Part shown: piece after piece, positions 18,496 to 27,263 of the stretch
Numbering within the stretch: position 1 is the stretch's first letter
Layout: each line of letters begins with the position of its first letter
Origin: Planctomycetota bacterium
GTDB taxonomy: Bacteria; Planctomycetota; B15-G4
DNA length: 64,000 bases
Reading direction: 5' to 3'
NCBI GenBank assembly: GCA_052387675.1
Contig: JBQTIY010000001.1
Location: 93,480-157,479 of the forward strand
Translations under genes and position numbers: made by a program
The notes under the pieces: generated by a model
What the model was told of the DNA's origin: nothing
What the model saw: the letters and a program-made list of their open reading frames with translations, nothing else
Databases searched by the model: none

Positions 18496-20832
18496 TCAGT
18501 CCTTGGTGAATTCGAGATCGTCGAGGCCCAGCTTGCCGGCCGGGCTGCCCCAGGAGGGGCCGAAGCGAAGGCTCACAGTGGCGAGGTCGTCGAGATCCAC
18601 GTCGCTGCCATCCGTCATGAAATCGGTCAGCCGGATGCGGATCGTCTCGAACTCATTGCCCCAGCCGGCGCCGGTGCCGCACGAGGTGCGCTGGTAGGGC
18701 TCTTCTACGCCGCCGCCGTAGGCGGCGATGTTGATGGCAGCGGAGTCTCCGTCCCCGTCGATCAACACGACGGTGAAGTTCGTGTCGCCGAGCGCAGAGG
18801 TGGTGAAGGGGTGCCGCGTGATTTGGGCAGCTCGGAAGCTCAGCGCATCAAAGGCGGCCGCATTCGTGCCGGCGCCGACGAGCGCAAAGTCGATCACTGC
18901 GTCCACGCCGTTGTATTCGAAGCTCAGACCGCGCGTTGTGTCGCTGGCCTGGCCGTGCGTGAAGCCGTTGAAGTTGTCGCCGCCCCAGGTGAAGTCCGCA
19001 TTGGTGTCGTCCAGCCGGGCCTCGGCCAGCGCCGCGACAGTGAAGGTCACGGCACCGCCTGAACTCGACGTGTTGACCACGGTGTTCGTCTGCGCGTCGT
19101 CAATGACGAACTTGCCCGGGCCGGCATCGCGGTACATGAGGTCCACGACCACGCAGGCATTCGCCGTGGGCGCCCCGATCGGACGGAAGCTCTCCCACTG
19201 CCGCCAGAGGAAGTCCTCGGCCGGCAGGCTGCCCCCGATGTGGTGCTGTACCAGCGGCAGCAGGTAGCCCTTCAAGATCTTGTGCGTGTCCGGTTTGCCC
19301 ACCAAGCACGGCCCAGTGGCCACCGAACCAGTCGAGTTGTGGAAGTCGCCGTGTCCCACGCCGTGCAGCGAAGTGGACATGCGCTTGCCCTCGGCACGAT
19401 CATGCAAATGGAAGGACTGCGCGATGTTGTTGCTGGCGCAGCCGGTCACGTCGGCATCGGCGCCGCCCACCCAGAGGTGGTAGTCCACGCCGTGGGGAGT
19501 GGCGCTGGTCGTGCCCAAGAAGTCAGTGGGCGCGATGCTCGAGACGAGCCGGACATCGCTCAGCACGAACTGGGTCGGCACGTAGGTGCCGTCGAAAACG
19601 CGGTCGTAGGCCCGCACGACGCCCTCGCCTCCGCGGCTGTGCCCAATCCACGTCATGCGGCTCTTGTCCACATGCCCGTTGAGCACTCCGCCCTGAATCG
19701 TGCCTAAGTTGCTCAGGAAATAGTCGGTGTTCGTGAGCGTCGTCGTGGAGGCCGCTTCGACGCCGGGCACCGTGTTGTTCTGGTGGCTCATGACGATGTA
19801 GCCATAGCTCGCCAAGTGGTTGCCGATGTGGTCGTACCACTGGTAGTTGTGCCCGTTTCCGTGGCTCACGACGACCAACGGCAGCTGCCCCATGGTGGCG
19901 ATGTCGGTGGGGTAGAAAGTGTTTTGCCCCAGCATCGTCCCGCCGGAGTAGAGGATCTCAGTCACGGCCAGCGGACCGGGGCGCGTGACGTCATCGACGA
20001 CGTACAGGCCGGCCTCCGCGCCAAAACCGTCGATGAGGTCGTCGTTGTCGAAGATTCCGTTTTGGTTCAGGTCCACGACAACGTCGTAGGGCACGCCCAG
20101 CCCCAGCCCGGCATCCCCGGCGAGGGAGCCGGCATCCACTGTGAGCGTGTTGGCTTGTACTCCCGCGCCCGTGAAGAGGAAGCTCTCGGGACCGCCCGCC
20201 GTGAGGTCCGTGAGCGAGGGATCGGCGGCCCATTGCGCGGCCGTCTTCTTGGCAACGACATGCACGTCGCCCGTACGGCCCACAACTTCAGGGTGCAGGC
20301 TGGGATCCACCGCGACGCGCACAGGTGTTTCAAAATTGAAAGCACGCACGCGCTGGAACCACGGATAGGCCAGCAGCGGTTCGCCAGCAAGCTGGACGCT
20401 GCGCGGTAGGAAGGTGATCGAGGCGGCGTTACTGAAGTCGAAGTCCGCCGCCGTGTTTCCCGCCTCAACCGCGCCCAGCAGGTGGAGCGTGAGTCCCTCA
20501 AGCGAATCGTCCAGTGGGCTCGCGGCATTGATGGCGAGCGTTCCTGATCCGGGCATCGGCCCCAGGAACAGCACGGTGAGCTGTGGGGTGAAACCCAGCG
20601 GAAGGCTCTGTCCGAAGATCACCGTGGGCCCGGGGCTCGTGTCGAACAGGAGCCAAGCGCCTTGCCCGGGGGCCCCATCGAGAGTGATGGTGAAGGGCAG
20701 GCCAACGGCCTGGGAAGCGGTGCTTTGACCCTGCACAGCTAGGTCGCTGGCCGTGGTCAGTGGCGCAGCGACGAGCAGCAGCGCAACAGTGAGGGCCTTG
20801 GAAACGAATGTTCCGCGCATCGCTCGGGTCAT
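18496..20832 (-). CDS. secreted multidomain alpha/beta hydrolase (lipase/esterase-like core)
   Basis: 778 aa with a signal peptide. The central core has VVVSHGNGHNY and the WIGHSRGGEG nucleophile elbow, flanked by beta-rich N- and C-terminal domains. Confidence 0.6.
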   Translation of the reverse strand: MTRAMRGTFVSKALTVALLLVAAPLTTASDLAVQGQSTASQAVGLPFTITLDGAPGQGAWLLFDTSPGPTVIFGQSLPLGFTPQLTVLFLGPMPGSGTLAINAASPLDDSLEGLTLHLLGAVEAGNTAADFDFSNAASITFLPRSVQLAGEPLLAYPWFQRVRAFNFETPVRVAVDPSLHPEVVGRTGDVHVVAKKTAAQWAADPSLTDLTAGGPESFLFTGAGVQANTLTVDAGSLAGDAGLGLGVPYDVVVDLNQNGIFDNDDLIDGFGAEAGLYVVDDVTRPGPLAVTEILYSGGTMLGQNTFYPTDIATMGQLPLVVVSHGNGHNYQWYDHIGNHLASYGYIVMSHQNNTVPGVEAASTTTLTNTDYFLSNLGTIQGGVLNGHVDKSRMTWIGHSRGGEGVVRAYDRVFDGTYVPTQFVLSDVRLVSSIAPTDFLGTTSATPHGVDYHLWVGGADADVTGCASNNIAQSFHLHDRAEGKRMSTSLHGVGHGDFHNSTGSVATGPCLVGKPDTHKILKGYLLPLVQHHIGGSLPAEDFLWRQWESFRPIGAPTANACVVVDLMYRDAGPGKFVIDDAQTNTVVNTSSSGGAVTFTVAALAEARLDDTNADFTWGGDNFNGFTHGQASDTTRGLSFEYNGVDAVIDFALVGAGTNAAAFDALSFRAAQITRHPFTTSALGDTNFTVVLIDGDGDSAAINIAAYGGGVEEPYQRTSCGTGAGWGNEFETIRIRLTDFMTDGSDVDLDDLATVSLRFGPSWGSPAGKLGLDDLEFTKD

Positions 20833-21062
20833 GCAGCCGACTCCCAGGTGTGAGAAGGCCGAGAGCCTACCCGAGTTCTTGATGAGTCGACTCCTTGTCG
20901 TGCTGGGAACGACAAGAGCCCTCGCAAGTTGGCACTCCTCTGAACGTGGGAGAAATTGGTGCTAGTCCTCGTCTCGCGGCGGCCGATTCGTTCGCTGGTA
21001 CGGCCCCGGAAGAGTCGGCTCTCCCCGCAAGGCCGCCTCTCGCTTCCCGACTGGTTTTCCCG

Positions 21063-21911
21063 ATGCCTGCTCCCGAAGTTACTCCGAAAGAACAGAGCCG
21101 TCGCGAGTTCATGCGGCGCTTCGGCCTAACGGCCGCCGGTATCACGCTCGGCTCCTACGCCGCGCCTGCGCTCGCCTCCTTCCGCCCGCCGGCAGCGCTG
21201 GTCGGATCCAACGAGGTGACCTTCTTCGAGGAAGATGGCAAGCGCACCACGGCCTGCGATGGCCCGGCCTGCGCCTTCAATGCCGGCTCCTACTACTCCA
21301 TTAACAGCACGAGCTTCCTCGGCCAAGTTCTGCTGCAAGTCGTACCGACCGCCCCCACCACGGGCTGGATCCTGACGCTCGACAAGACCACCGTCGCCAT
21401 CAAGCCCGGCGAACAGGTCTTCGTACACCTGACCATGGACTGCTACTCGCACCCGCAGATCGGCGCGACGCCCGAGCAGCTCAAGGTGCGCGTCACCGCG
21501 ACGGCCGTGCCCGCGGACGGCTCGCCGCCCTTCAACATCAACACGCACATGGCTCGGGCCGAGTGCGTCATCTCCGCGCTCGAAGTCGTCGCCCCCCCTG
21601 GCCCGATCAAGCCGGATTCCGAAGGCAATGCCTTGACCACAGTGATGGTCAACGGCGCCTGGATCGACTCGGCTGCGTTCGGCAACGTGCTGCTCAACAC
21701 GGCTCTCGTGCCTGAAGGCTGGACCGTGGCTCTCGAACAGGCTGAACTGCCCTTCGCGGGAACAGGATCATTCCCGGTGCGCGTACGCATTAACGTCCCG
21801 CCGAAGAACAAGCCCAAGAAGGGCGAATTCCGCGTGATTGCCTCGCTGAACCATCCGAGCTTCGCCGCGCCGATGACCTCGATCGCGGTGATCAAGGTCC
21901 ACGGCAAGTAG
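21063..21911 (+). CDS. Tat-signal exported hypothetical protein
   Basis: ORF 20895..21911 trimmed to ATG 21063. MPAPEVTPKEQSRREFMRRFGLTAAGITLGSYAAPALA is a twin-arginine signal. Confidence 0.6.
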   Translation: MPAPEVTPKEQSRREFMRRFGLTAAGITLGSYAAPALASFRPPAALVGSNEVTFFEEDGKRTTACDGPACAFNAGSYYSINSTSFLGQVLLQVVPTAPTTGWILTLDKTTVAIKPGEQVFVHLTMDCYSHPQIGATPEQLKVRVTATAVPADGSPPFNINTHMARAECVISALEVVAPPGPIKPDSEGNALTTVMVNGAWIDSAAFGNVLLNTALVPEGWTVALEQAELPFAGTGSFPVRVRINVPPKNKPKKGEFRVIASLNHPSFAAPMTSIAVIKVHGK

Positions 21912-21913
21912 GG

Positions 21914-23119
21914 CTAAGCGCCCCGCCAGAGTTCGCGGCCCAGGCGCGCCAGCGCGGTGATTCGGCGGCGGGGTTCGCGCAGCGCAACCGGCAATACTGC
22001 CCGGCAGAGGACTTCGGTGCGATCCAGCGCACAGCGCAGCGGCCGCCGCACCGGCCCGCCGAGCCCGTCAGGATGAAACCCTGAGCGCAGCGCCGCCAGG
22101 TGACGTTCGCCCCAGTTCGGCGCACAACTCCAAGCCAACAGCGCGCGACGCCAGCCCGGCAGCGCCGCTTCGTAGCTGGCATCCACAAAGTGGGCAGCCA
22201 GACCCGCGACCAGGTCGGACTGCCAGCGCTGCGCGGGATCGAGCAGGCGCCGCGCGCGCGCTAGGCCGGCGGCACCGCAGCGTCGCGCGGCCAGGCCCAC
22301 ATCAAAGAGTCGGCGCGCGGTGAGTTCGGCCGGATGGTGCAGCACGAGATGCGCGAGCTGATCATCGGCCTGCAGGACGCGGAAGCCCAGCAGCGGATGT
22401 CGCACGCTGCGCGCAACGAGGTCGTCGGCGGCGAGGCGGCGAGTGCAGCCTTGCTCAGCCAAGGCCGAGTGAATCTCCACGACGAACGGGAGGCGTCCCG
22501 CGCGGCGCGTCAGCGGAGGCAAGTGATGATGCCCCTCCGGCGAGTGTCCGCCGTGCAGTGCGCTGGCGATGAAGCCTTCCGCACTCAGCAGCTCGTAAGC
22601 GACCTGTCCCTCGGATGGCGAGAGCAACAGGTCCACGTCGCCGCACGGGCGCGTCCAGGGTTCGGGATAAAGCCACTCCGCGTGAGCGAGTCCCTTGAGC
22701 AGCACCGGACGCAAGCCCGCCGCCTCGAGCCTGTCCATGAGAGCCGTCACATGCTCGCGCGCATGCTCGTAGCGATGCCGGCAGAGGAACTCCTCGGCCA
22801 GGAGTGCGCCACGCAATGAGACCGGTAGCTGCGCCTCAAGACCCAGCGTGCGCAGGCGCGCGGAGAGAAAGGCCCCCGCGCCCGCCCACCACGCCGACTG
22901 CAAAGCCTCGTGCCAGCCGGTGGCCAGAGCTTCGCTAACGCGCAAGCTCTCCGTGGCGAGGGCGCGGTCGTCCAGCACGCAGGCGGAGGCCAGCCGGAAG
23001 AGCTGCCCCTCAGTCTCCGGCCACTGGAACTCGGCTCCGGCGCGGGGAGGCCATGAGAAGCCCGCCGCCCCGCCAAAGCGGGTCAGGTCAGCCAGCGCCT
23101 CTTGCCGCGCATCGGTCAT
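21914..23119 (-). CDS. uncharacterised nucleotidyltransferase-family protein (type that co-occurs with PqqD/HprK-like genes)
   Basis: 401 aa. PCGDVDLLLSPSE is a nucleotidyltransferase Asp motif. 4-nt overlap with the upstream kinase-like gene. Confidence 0.55.
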   Translation of the reverse strand: MTDARQEALADLTRFGGAAGFSWPPRAGAEFQWPETEGQLFRLASACVLDDRALATESLRVSEALATGWHEALQSAWWAGAGAFLSARLRTLGLEAQLPVSLRGALLAEEFLCRHRYEHAREHVTALMDRLEAAGLRPVLLKGLAHAEWLYPEPWTRPCGDVDLLLSPSEGQVAYELLSAEGFIASALHGGHSPEGHHHLPPLTRRAGRLPFVVEIHSALAEQGCTRRLAADDLVARSVRHPLLGFRVLQADDQLAHLVLHHPAELTARRLFDVGLAARRCGAAGLARARRLLDPAQRWQSDLVAGLAAHFVDASYEAALPGWRRALLAWSCAPNWGERHLAALRSGFHPDGLGGPVRRPLRCALDRTEVLCRAVLPVALREPRRRITALARLGRELWRGA

Positions 23120-23976
23120 GACCCGCGCGGCCCGGTGAGTTCGAGTCTCTGGCTCAGCGCCGCTACGGCGCGGGGACCTCCGCGCGCGTGAAAGCGCAAG
23201 GCCGGCACGCGCCGGCAGAGCTCGGCGAGTTCACGAAAAGTCTCCGCCCCCTGCTGCTGGAAGAGATGACAACTGGCGAGCAGGGCTGCGAAGGCTGCGC
23301 CGGCATCGAGCGGCTCGATCGATGTTGCGGCGGCATCGAGCACGACCAAGCGATGCAGGGGCAAAGGGTGCGTCGCTGCGCTGCGCCGCAATCCGCCCGC
23401 CCCCCAGTACTGCTTGCCCGCCCCGCCCACGAGTTCGTGCCGAGCGGGCCCTCTGAGTCCGAGCATTGAGATCCACTCGATGACATCTTGGCGCAGCGCG
23501 ATGGGTCGCCGGCACGGCTCCACCGCCGGCGGATCGAGCAGCACGGGCAGGCACTCATCTCCCAGCCACTCGGCGCCGCTGAGGGCCAGCGCGGCGGCCG
23601 TGGTGGACTTGCCCGCCCCGCTGGGACCCGCGAGCAGAATGGCGCGGCCCTGCGGATCGGCCACGGCGCTGGCGTGCAGCAGCACCGTGCCTGACGCCGG
23701 CCTGCTCGCGTAGACATCGAGCGCCTGTTCAAGTCGCAGTAGGAGTTCACCTAGGTTGCGAGCCGTGCGAGTCGGACACTCGGCGCCGCTGAGCCTGAAG
23801 GCCGCATCGCTTTCCGAGAGGCGTAAATCTGGCGCCTCGCCTGCTGAGAGCGGGCGCGGCGCGTCGCAGCCGCAGGCAGCGGCCACGTCAGCCAGCCGCT
23901 GCCGATCCGTGGCGGCCAAGAGGACGGGCCGCGACGGGCGTTCCAACTCGATGACCCAGGCCTGATGGGAGGTCAC
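23116..23976 (-). CDS. HPr kinase C-terminal-like P-loop kinase
   Basis: 286 aa. LHASAV...GRAILLAGPSGAGKSTTAAAL...WLGDE matches the HprK-C-like P-loop layout. Overlaps both neighbours by 4 nt. Confidence 0.65.
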   Translation of the reverse strand: MTSHQAWVIELERPSRPVLLAATDRQRLADVAAACGCDAPRPLSAGEAPDLRLSESDAAFRLSGAECPTRTARNLGELLLRLEQALDVYASRPASGTVLLHASAVADPQGRAILLAGPSGAGKSTTAAALALSGAEWLGDECLPVLLDPPAVEPCRRPIALRQDVIEWISMLGLRGPARHELVGGAGKQYWGAGGLRRSAATHPLPLHRLVVLDAAATSIEPLDAGAAFAALLASCHLFQQQGAETFRELAELCRRVPALRFHARGGPRAVAALSQRLELTGPRGS

Positions 23977-24311
23977 GTGGCTGGCGGCACGAGCAGCCCG
24001 CTGGCGCGTAGTTCGGCGACAACTCGGTCGACATCGCTTGCGACCAACTCAACCGGGCGCGCATAGAGCCGGGCGACTTCCTGCGTTATGTCGGACACTG
24101 TGCGCGTCCCGTCACAGAGCTCCCAGATGAGCGCAGCGGACTCATTGAGAAAGTGCACCTGGCCCGTCGCGGGGTCATGGAGTGCAAACTGCGTTCCTAC
24201 GATCTCAGCCGACACTCCCGCCGCTTGGTGGAAGCACGGGCCTATTCCGGCCGGGTTCGGCTCGCCTGGGGCTCCGCTCTCGCGCACGGGGAGAGAGACT
24301 ACCACTCGCAA
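23973..24311 (-). CDS. PqqD-family protein (RiPP recognition element-like)
   Basis: 112 aa. FALHDPATGQVHFLNESAALIWELCDGTRTVSDITQEVARLY...DVDRVVAELRASGLLV is the typical PqqD pattern. The true start may lie further downstream. Confidence 0.7.
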   Translation of the reverse strand: MRVVVSLPVRESGAPGEPNPAGIGPCFHQAAGVSAEIVGTQFALHDPATGQVHFLNESAALIWELCDGTRTVSDITQEVARLYARPVELVASDVDRVVAELRASGLLVPPAT

Positions 24312-24383
24312 GCGCCAGGGCTTATGATTAGCAGGCGGATCACCGGGGGGAGATCACCGTAGTACCCTCTCGAGTAACGAGTC

Positions 24384-24956
24384 ATGCAGGTCGCCAGTGA
24401 GCTCATGAAGCAGTTGGATCCAAGAGTCTCCTACGATCGCGGTCCGTGGGTGGCGCCGGAATTGGTGAACGCTGAGGGAGTTCGTGTGCAGCCGGTGCCT
24501 CAAGCGGAAAACACATCGGCCAACCCGCGAGCTGCTTTGCAGGTCGATCCAGGCCTGGCGGCTATCCCCACCGAGGACTTGCTGCGGGAACTTCAGAAGC
24601 GCGAAAAGTACTTGGCCAAGCTGCAGGCACGCCGTGTGGCCATTCGCGCCGAAATCGCAGATCTTGAGCGCGAGATCACACGGCTGAGCGACGAGGTGCA
24701 GGAGGCGCCGCGCCGGGCCGCTCCCGTCCGTGCGCAGCGCGGGCAGCGCTTCAAGAATTCGCTGAGCTTGCCGCAGGCTATGGTCGCGGAGCTCGAGACC
24801 GGCGAACACACCACGCCGCCCGAGCTGGCCAAGCGCATTTTGCGCAGCGGTTACCTCACGAATGCGTCGGACTTCCCCAAAATCGTGGCGCAGGCCCTGG
24901 CTCGCGACAAGCGCTTTCGGCGCGTCGGTCGCGGCGAGTACGAGTTGCTGGTCTGA
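24384..24956 (+). CDS. coiled-coil + HARE-HTH-like protein (family member 1)
   Basis: 190 aa. IPTEDLLRELQKREKYLAKLQARRVAIRAEIADLEREI, and a C-terminus LPQAMVAELE...PPELAKRILRSGYLTNASDFPKIVAQALARDKRFRRVGRGEYELL. Colinear with the 26489 and 57417 products. Confidence 0.6.
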   Translation: MQVASELMKQLDPRVSYDRGPWVAPELVNAEGVRVQPVPQAENTSANPRAALQVDPGLAAIPTEDLLRELQKREKYLAKLQARRVAIRAEIADLEREITRLSDEVQEAPRRAAPVRAQRGQRFKNSLSLPQAMVAELETGEHTTPPELAKRILRSGYLTNASDFPKIVAQALARDKRFRRVGRGEYELLV

Positions 24957-24961
24957 GTCGC

Positions 24962-25768
24962 ATGGCGCATGTCTCCACAGGAACCGCGCCGGCCGCCGTC
25001 GACGCAGATGGGATTGAAGAGCGCCTGCTCGGCACGCGCCTGCAGCAGGTCCTGCTCGAGCTCACTTCCAAGTGCAATCTGCGCTGTATCTACTGCGCGG
25101 TGAGCCAGCCCTTCTATGTCGGCCGTGAGCTCGAACTGGAGCGCGCGGAGATCGTGAATCAGCTCGTTGCGCTGGGCCCCATTGAGTTTCAGCTCAACGG
25201 CCACGGCGAGACCACCCTCATCAAGGGCTGGGACGAACTGGCCCGCGATCTGCTGGACCGCGGCTTGGCGCTCACGCTCATCTCGCACCTCAACAAGGAC
25301 ATGAGCGACGCCGAGATCGACGTGATGGCGCGCCTGAAGATGCTTACTGTGAGCTGCGACACGATCGACCCGGCCGTGTACCAGCGCCTGCGTCGTGGCG
25401 GCCGTCTCGAGCGGGTGGCCCAGAACCTGCGGCGCATTCTCGAGCGCTGCCGCAGCGAAGGCCTGCCCAAGCCCTACATCGCCATCAATTGCACCACCAC
25501 ACATATCAACGTGCTGGGCATTCCCGACCTCGTGCGCATGGCCGCCGAGATGGGCCTGGCCTGCGTCTCGCTCACCAACTTGGTGGAGTATCCCGAGATC
25601 CCCGGCTGCGAACGGCCGCTGCATCCGGCCGAGGTGGATCCTCAAGGCGCACTGGCCGCCGTGCGTCACGCCCGTGAGCTGGCGCAGGGTTTCGGCATTG
25701 ACTATCACGTCATGGGCGACCTCGAGGATTCGCTCGAGCAGGCGCTGCGCCGGCGAGGTGTGGCATGA
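24962..25768 (+). CDS. radical SAM protein (core only)
   Basis: 268 aa. SKCNLRCIYCAV is the CxxxCxxC cluster motif. The TIM-barrel-like remainder ends without a C-terminal Cys-rich domain. Confidence 0.8.
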   Translation: MAHVSTGTAPAAVDADGIEERLLGTRLQQVLLELTSKCNLRCIYCAVSQPFYVGRELELERAEIVNQLVALGPIEFQLNGHGETTLIKGWDELARDLLDRGLALTLISHLNKDMSDAEIDVMARLKMLTVSCDTIDPAVYQRLRRGGRLERVAQNLRRILERCRSEGLPKPYIAINCTTTHINVLGIPDLVRMAAEMGLACVSLTNLVEYPEIPGCERPLHPAEVDPQGALAAVRHARELAQGFGIDYHVMGDLEDSLEQALRRRGVA

Positions 25769-26379
25769 GCGTGCGCTGCGAGCCGGCGCCCGGCGAGACA
25801 CGCGACTGTCTCGACCCCTGGAAGATGGCCTACGTGAAGGCCGACGGCGCGGTCACGCTCTGCTGCTGGTCACAGCCGGTCGGCAATGTGAAGCACAACA
25901 CGATTCAGGAAATCCTGCACGACGAGCCGGCGCGTGCCCTGCGGCGCGGCTTGCTCACCGGCCAGATGCCCGACGACTGCATACGCTGCCCCGCGCGCGG
26001 TCTGGTCAGCACCGAAGCACTGCGCCAGAAGGTCGATGAGTACGTTTCCGATGACGACCGCCGCGAGATGATGGCTGTGCGCGCGCGCCTGCACGGGCTG
26101 CAGGAAGAGGTCGTGCAACTCCGCCACCACGCCAGCAACCTCGAGGCGGATCGCGACAATTGGCGCACCCACGCGCGCAACCTCGAGGAGGAGCGCGCGC
26201 ACTTGCGCGGCGTGATCACCGGACTCACTACCCAGGCGGAAGCACTCAGCGAGCAAGTGGCCGCCGTGGAACAGGGCCGCGTGCCGCTCGGGGGCCTGAT
26301 CCGCACGTGGCTGCGCGGGCGTGTGCGGCGCAGCAAGCTGGGCGGGCGCTGGTTCCGGCCGCCGACGGGCCCGCGCTGA
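25765..26379 (+). CDS. SPASM/twitch-like Cys-rich domain fused to long coiled coil
   Basis: 204 aa. CLDPWKMAYVKADGAVTLCC (C-x12-G-x4-C) and CIRCPARG, followed by ~100 aa of heptad-like sequence. ATGA overlap with the radical SAM gene. Confidence 0.6.
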   Translation: MSVRCEPAPGETRDCLDPWKMAYVKADGAVTLCCWSQPVGNVKHNTIQEILHDEPARALRRGLLTGQMPDDCIRCPARGLVSTEALRQKVDEYVSDDDRREMMAVRARLHGLQEEVVQLRHHASNLEADRDNWRTHARNLEEERAHLRGVITGLTTQAEALSEQVAAVEQGRVPLGGLIRTWLRGRVRRSKLGGRWFRPPTGPR

Positions 26380-26488
26380 GCTTCGGCCGCGCGCCTTACA
26401 TGTAGCGCCGTCCCTACTTTGCTTTTTCGGTGGGCGCTTCGGTCTAATACCGCGCCCTCACCTCTCCACCGTTCGATCGGAACTACCC

Positions 26489-26932
26489 ATGTCCATGAAG
26501 TCCCTCTCCACCGCCGAGCTTCGTCGTGAACTCGAGCGCCGCGAGCGCGGCGCAAAGAAGCTCCTGGCTAAGCGCACCAAACTCGCATCGGCGCTGGCCG
26601 CCCTCGACGGCGAGCTGGCCGATCTGGGTGTTGCAGGTGGTTCGGCGCGCGGCCGGTCGGCTGGCCGTCCTAAGGCGGGCCGCAAGGCTGGCAAGGCCGG
26701 CAAGGCGCGCGCTCGCAATCCGCGGGCCAAGAACAAGATGAACCTCGCGGACTCGCTGGCCGCGGCGATCCGAGTCGGCACAGTTGTCTCGCCCGCTCAA
26801 GCCATCGAGCGCGTCAAGGCCGCCGGCTACAAGACCAACAACAGCGCCTTCCGCATCTCGGTCACGCAGACGCTCTCCAACGACAAGCGCTTCAAGCGCA
26901 AGGGTCACGGCCAGTACGTCCGCGTTGGCTGA
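26489..26932 (+). CDS. coiled-coil + AT-hook-like + HARE-HTH-like protein (family member 2)
   Basis: ORF 26321..26932 trimmed to ATG 26489 (MSMKSLSTAELRRELERRERGAKKL). Basic linker with AGRPKAGRK. C-terminus LADSLAAAIRVGTVVSPAQAIERVKAAGYKTNNSAFRISVTQTLSNDKRFKRKGHGQYVRV. Confidence 0.65.
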   Translation: MSMKSLSTAELRRELERRERGAKKLLAKRTKLASALAALDGELADLGVAGGSARGRSAGRPKAGRKAGKAGKARARNPRAKNKMNLADSLAAAIRVGTVVSPAQAIERVKAAGYKTNNSAFRISVTQTLSNDKRFKRKGHGQYVRVG

Positions 26933-26940
26933 GACCCTCG

Positions 26941-27183
26941 CTAGAGCTTCATCCGCCTGAGGACTACGAGCACCAGGTCCACTTGCTCGATGGTCATGGC
27001 CCCCATCGCGACGAGGATCTCGCCGATTTTACGCGGCGCGCGGCCAGCGCGCTCGGCGTGCTTCTGCTCGGTGAGCGCCGAGTAGAGCTGCGCGGGGCTG
27101 ACGAAGCCCTTGAGGCAGGCGACTTCACCAAAGAGCTGGGGATCGGACTGCCCGTCATCCGACGAGGCGGTTGCAGGCGTCAT
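26941..27183 (-). CDS. stand-alone MshEN/T2SSE_N-like mini-protein (copy 1)
   Basis: ORF 26941..27354 trimmed to ATG 27183, giving 80 aa. Contains LFGEVACLKGFVSPAQLYSALTEQ and RKIGEILVAMGAMTIEQVDLVLVVL, two half-motifs like the GspE/MshE N-terminal domain. Confidence 0.6.
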   Translation of the reverse strand: MTPATASSDDGQSDPQLFGEVACLKGFVSPAQLYSALTEQKHAERAGRAPRKIGEILVAMGAMTIEQVDLVLVVLRRMKL

Positions 27184-27263
27184 GAATCGACTCTCGCGTT
27201 TCCCGGGGCTGAACTGCTCAGGAAGGAGAGCGAGAGCAGCGGCCCCCTCGGGACAGGAATTCC
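27184..27263 (-). promoter_or_regulatory. conserved 5' leader/promoter region of MshEN-like genes (GGAATTCCTGTCCC box at 27250..27263)
   Basis: GGAATTCCTGTCCC lies 80 nt upstream of the start. The same box is 76 and 79 nt upstream of the other two copies, followed by a CT-rich tract and TGAGCA. Confidence 0.45.

Noticed and set aside
20930-20945. TGGCAC-N5-TGAAC resembling a sigma-54 -24/-12 promoter upstream of the Tat-signal gene
   Set aside because: The -12 element lacks the conserved GC (TTGC). It sits 125 nt from the ATG, and no enhancer-binding protein gene is nearby.
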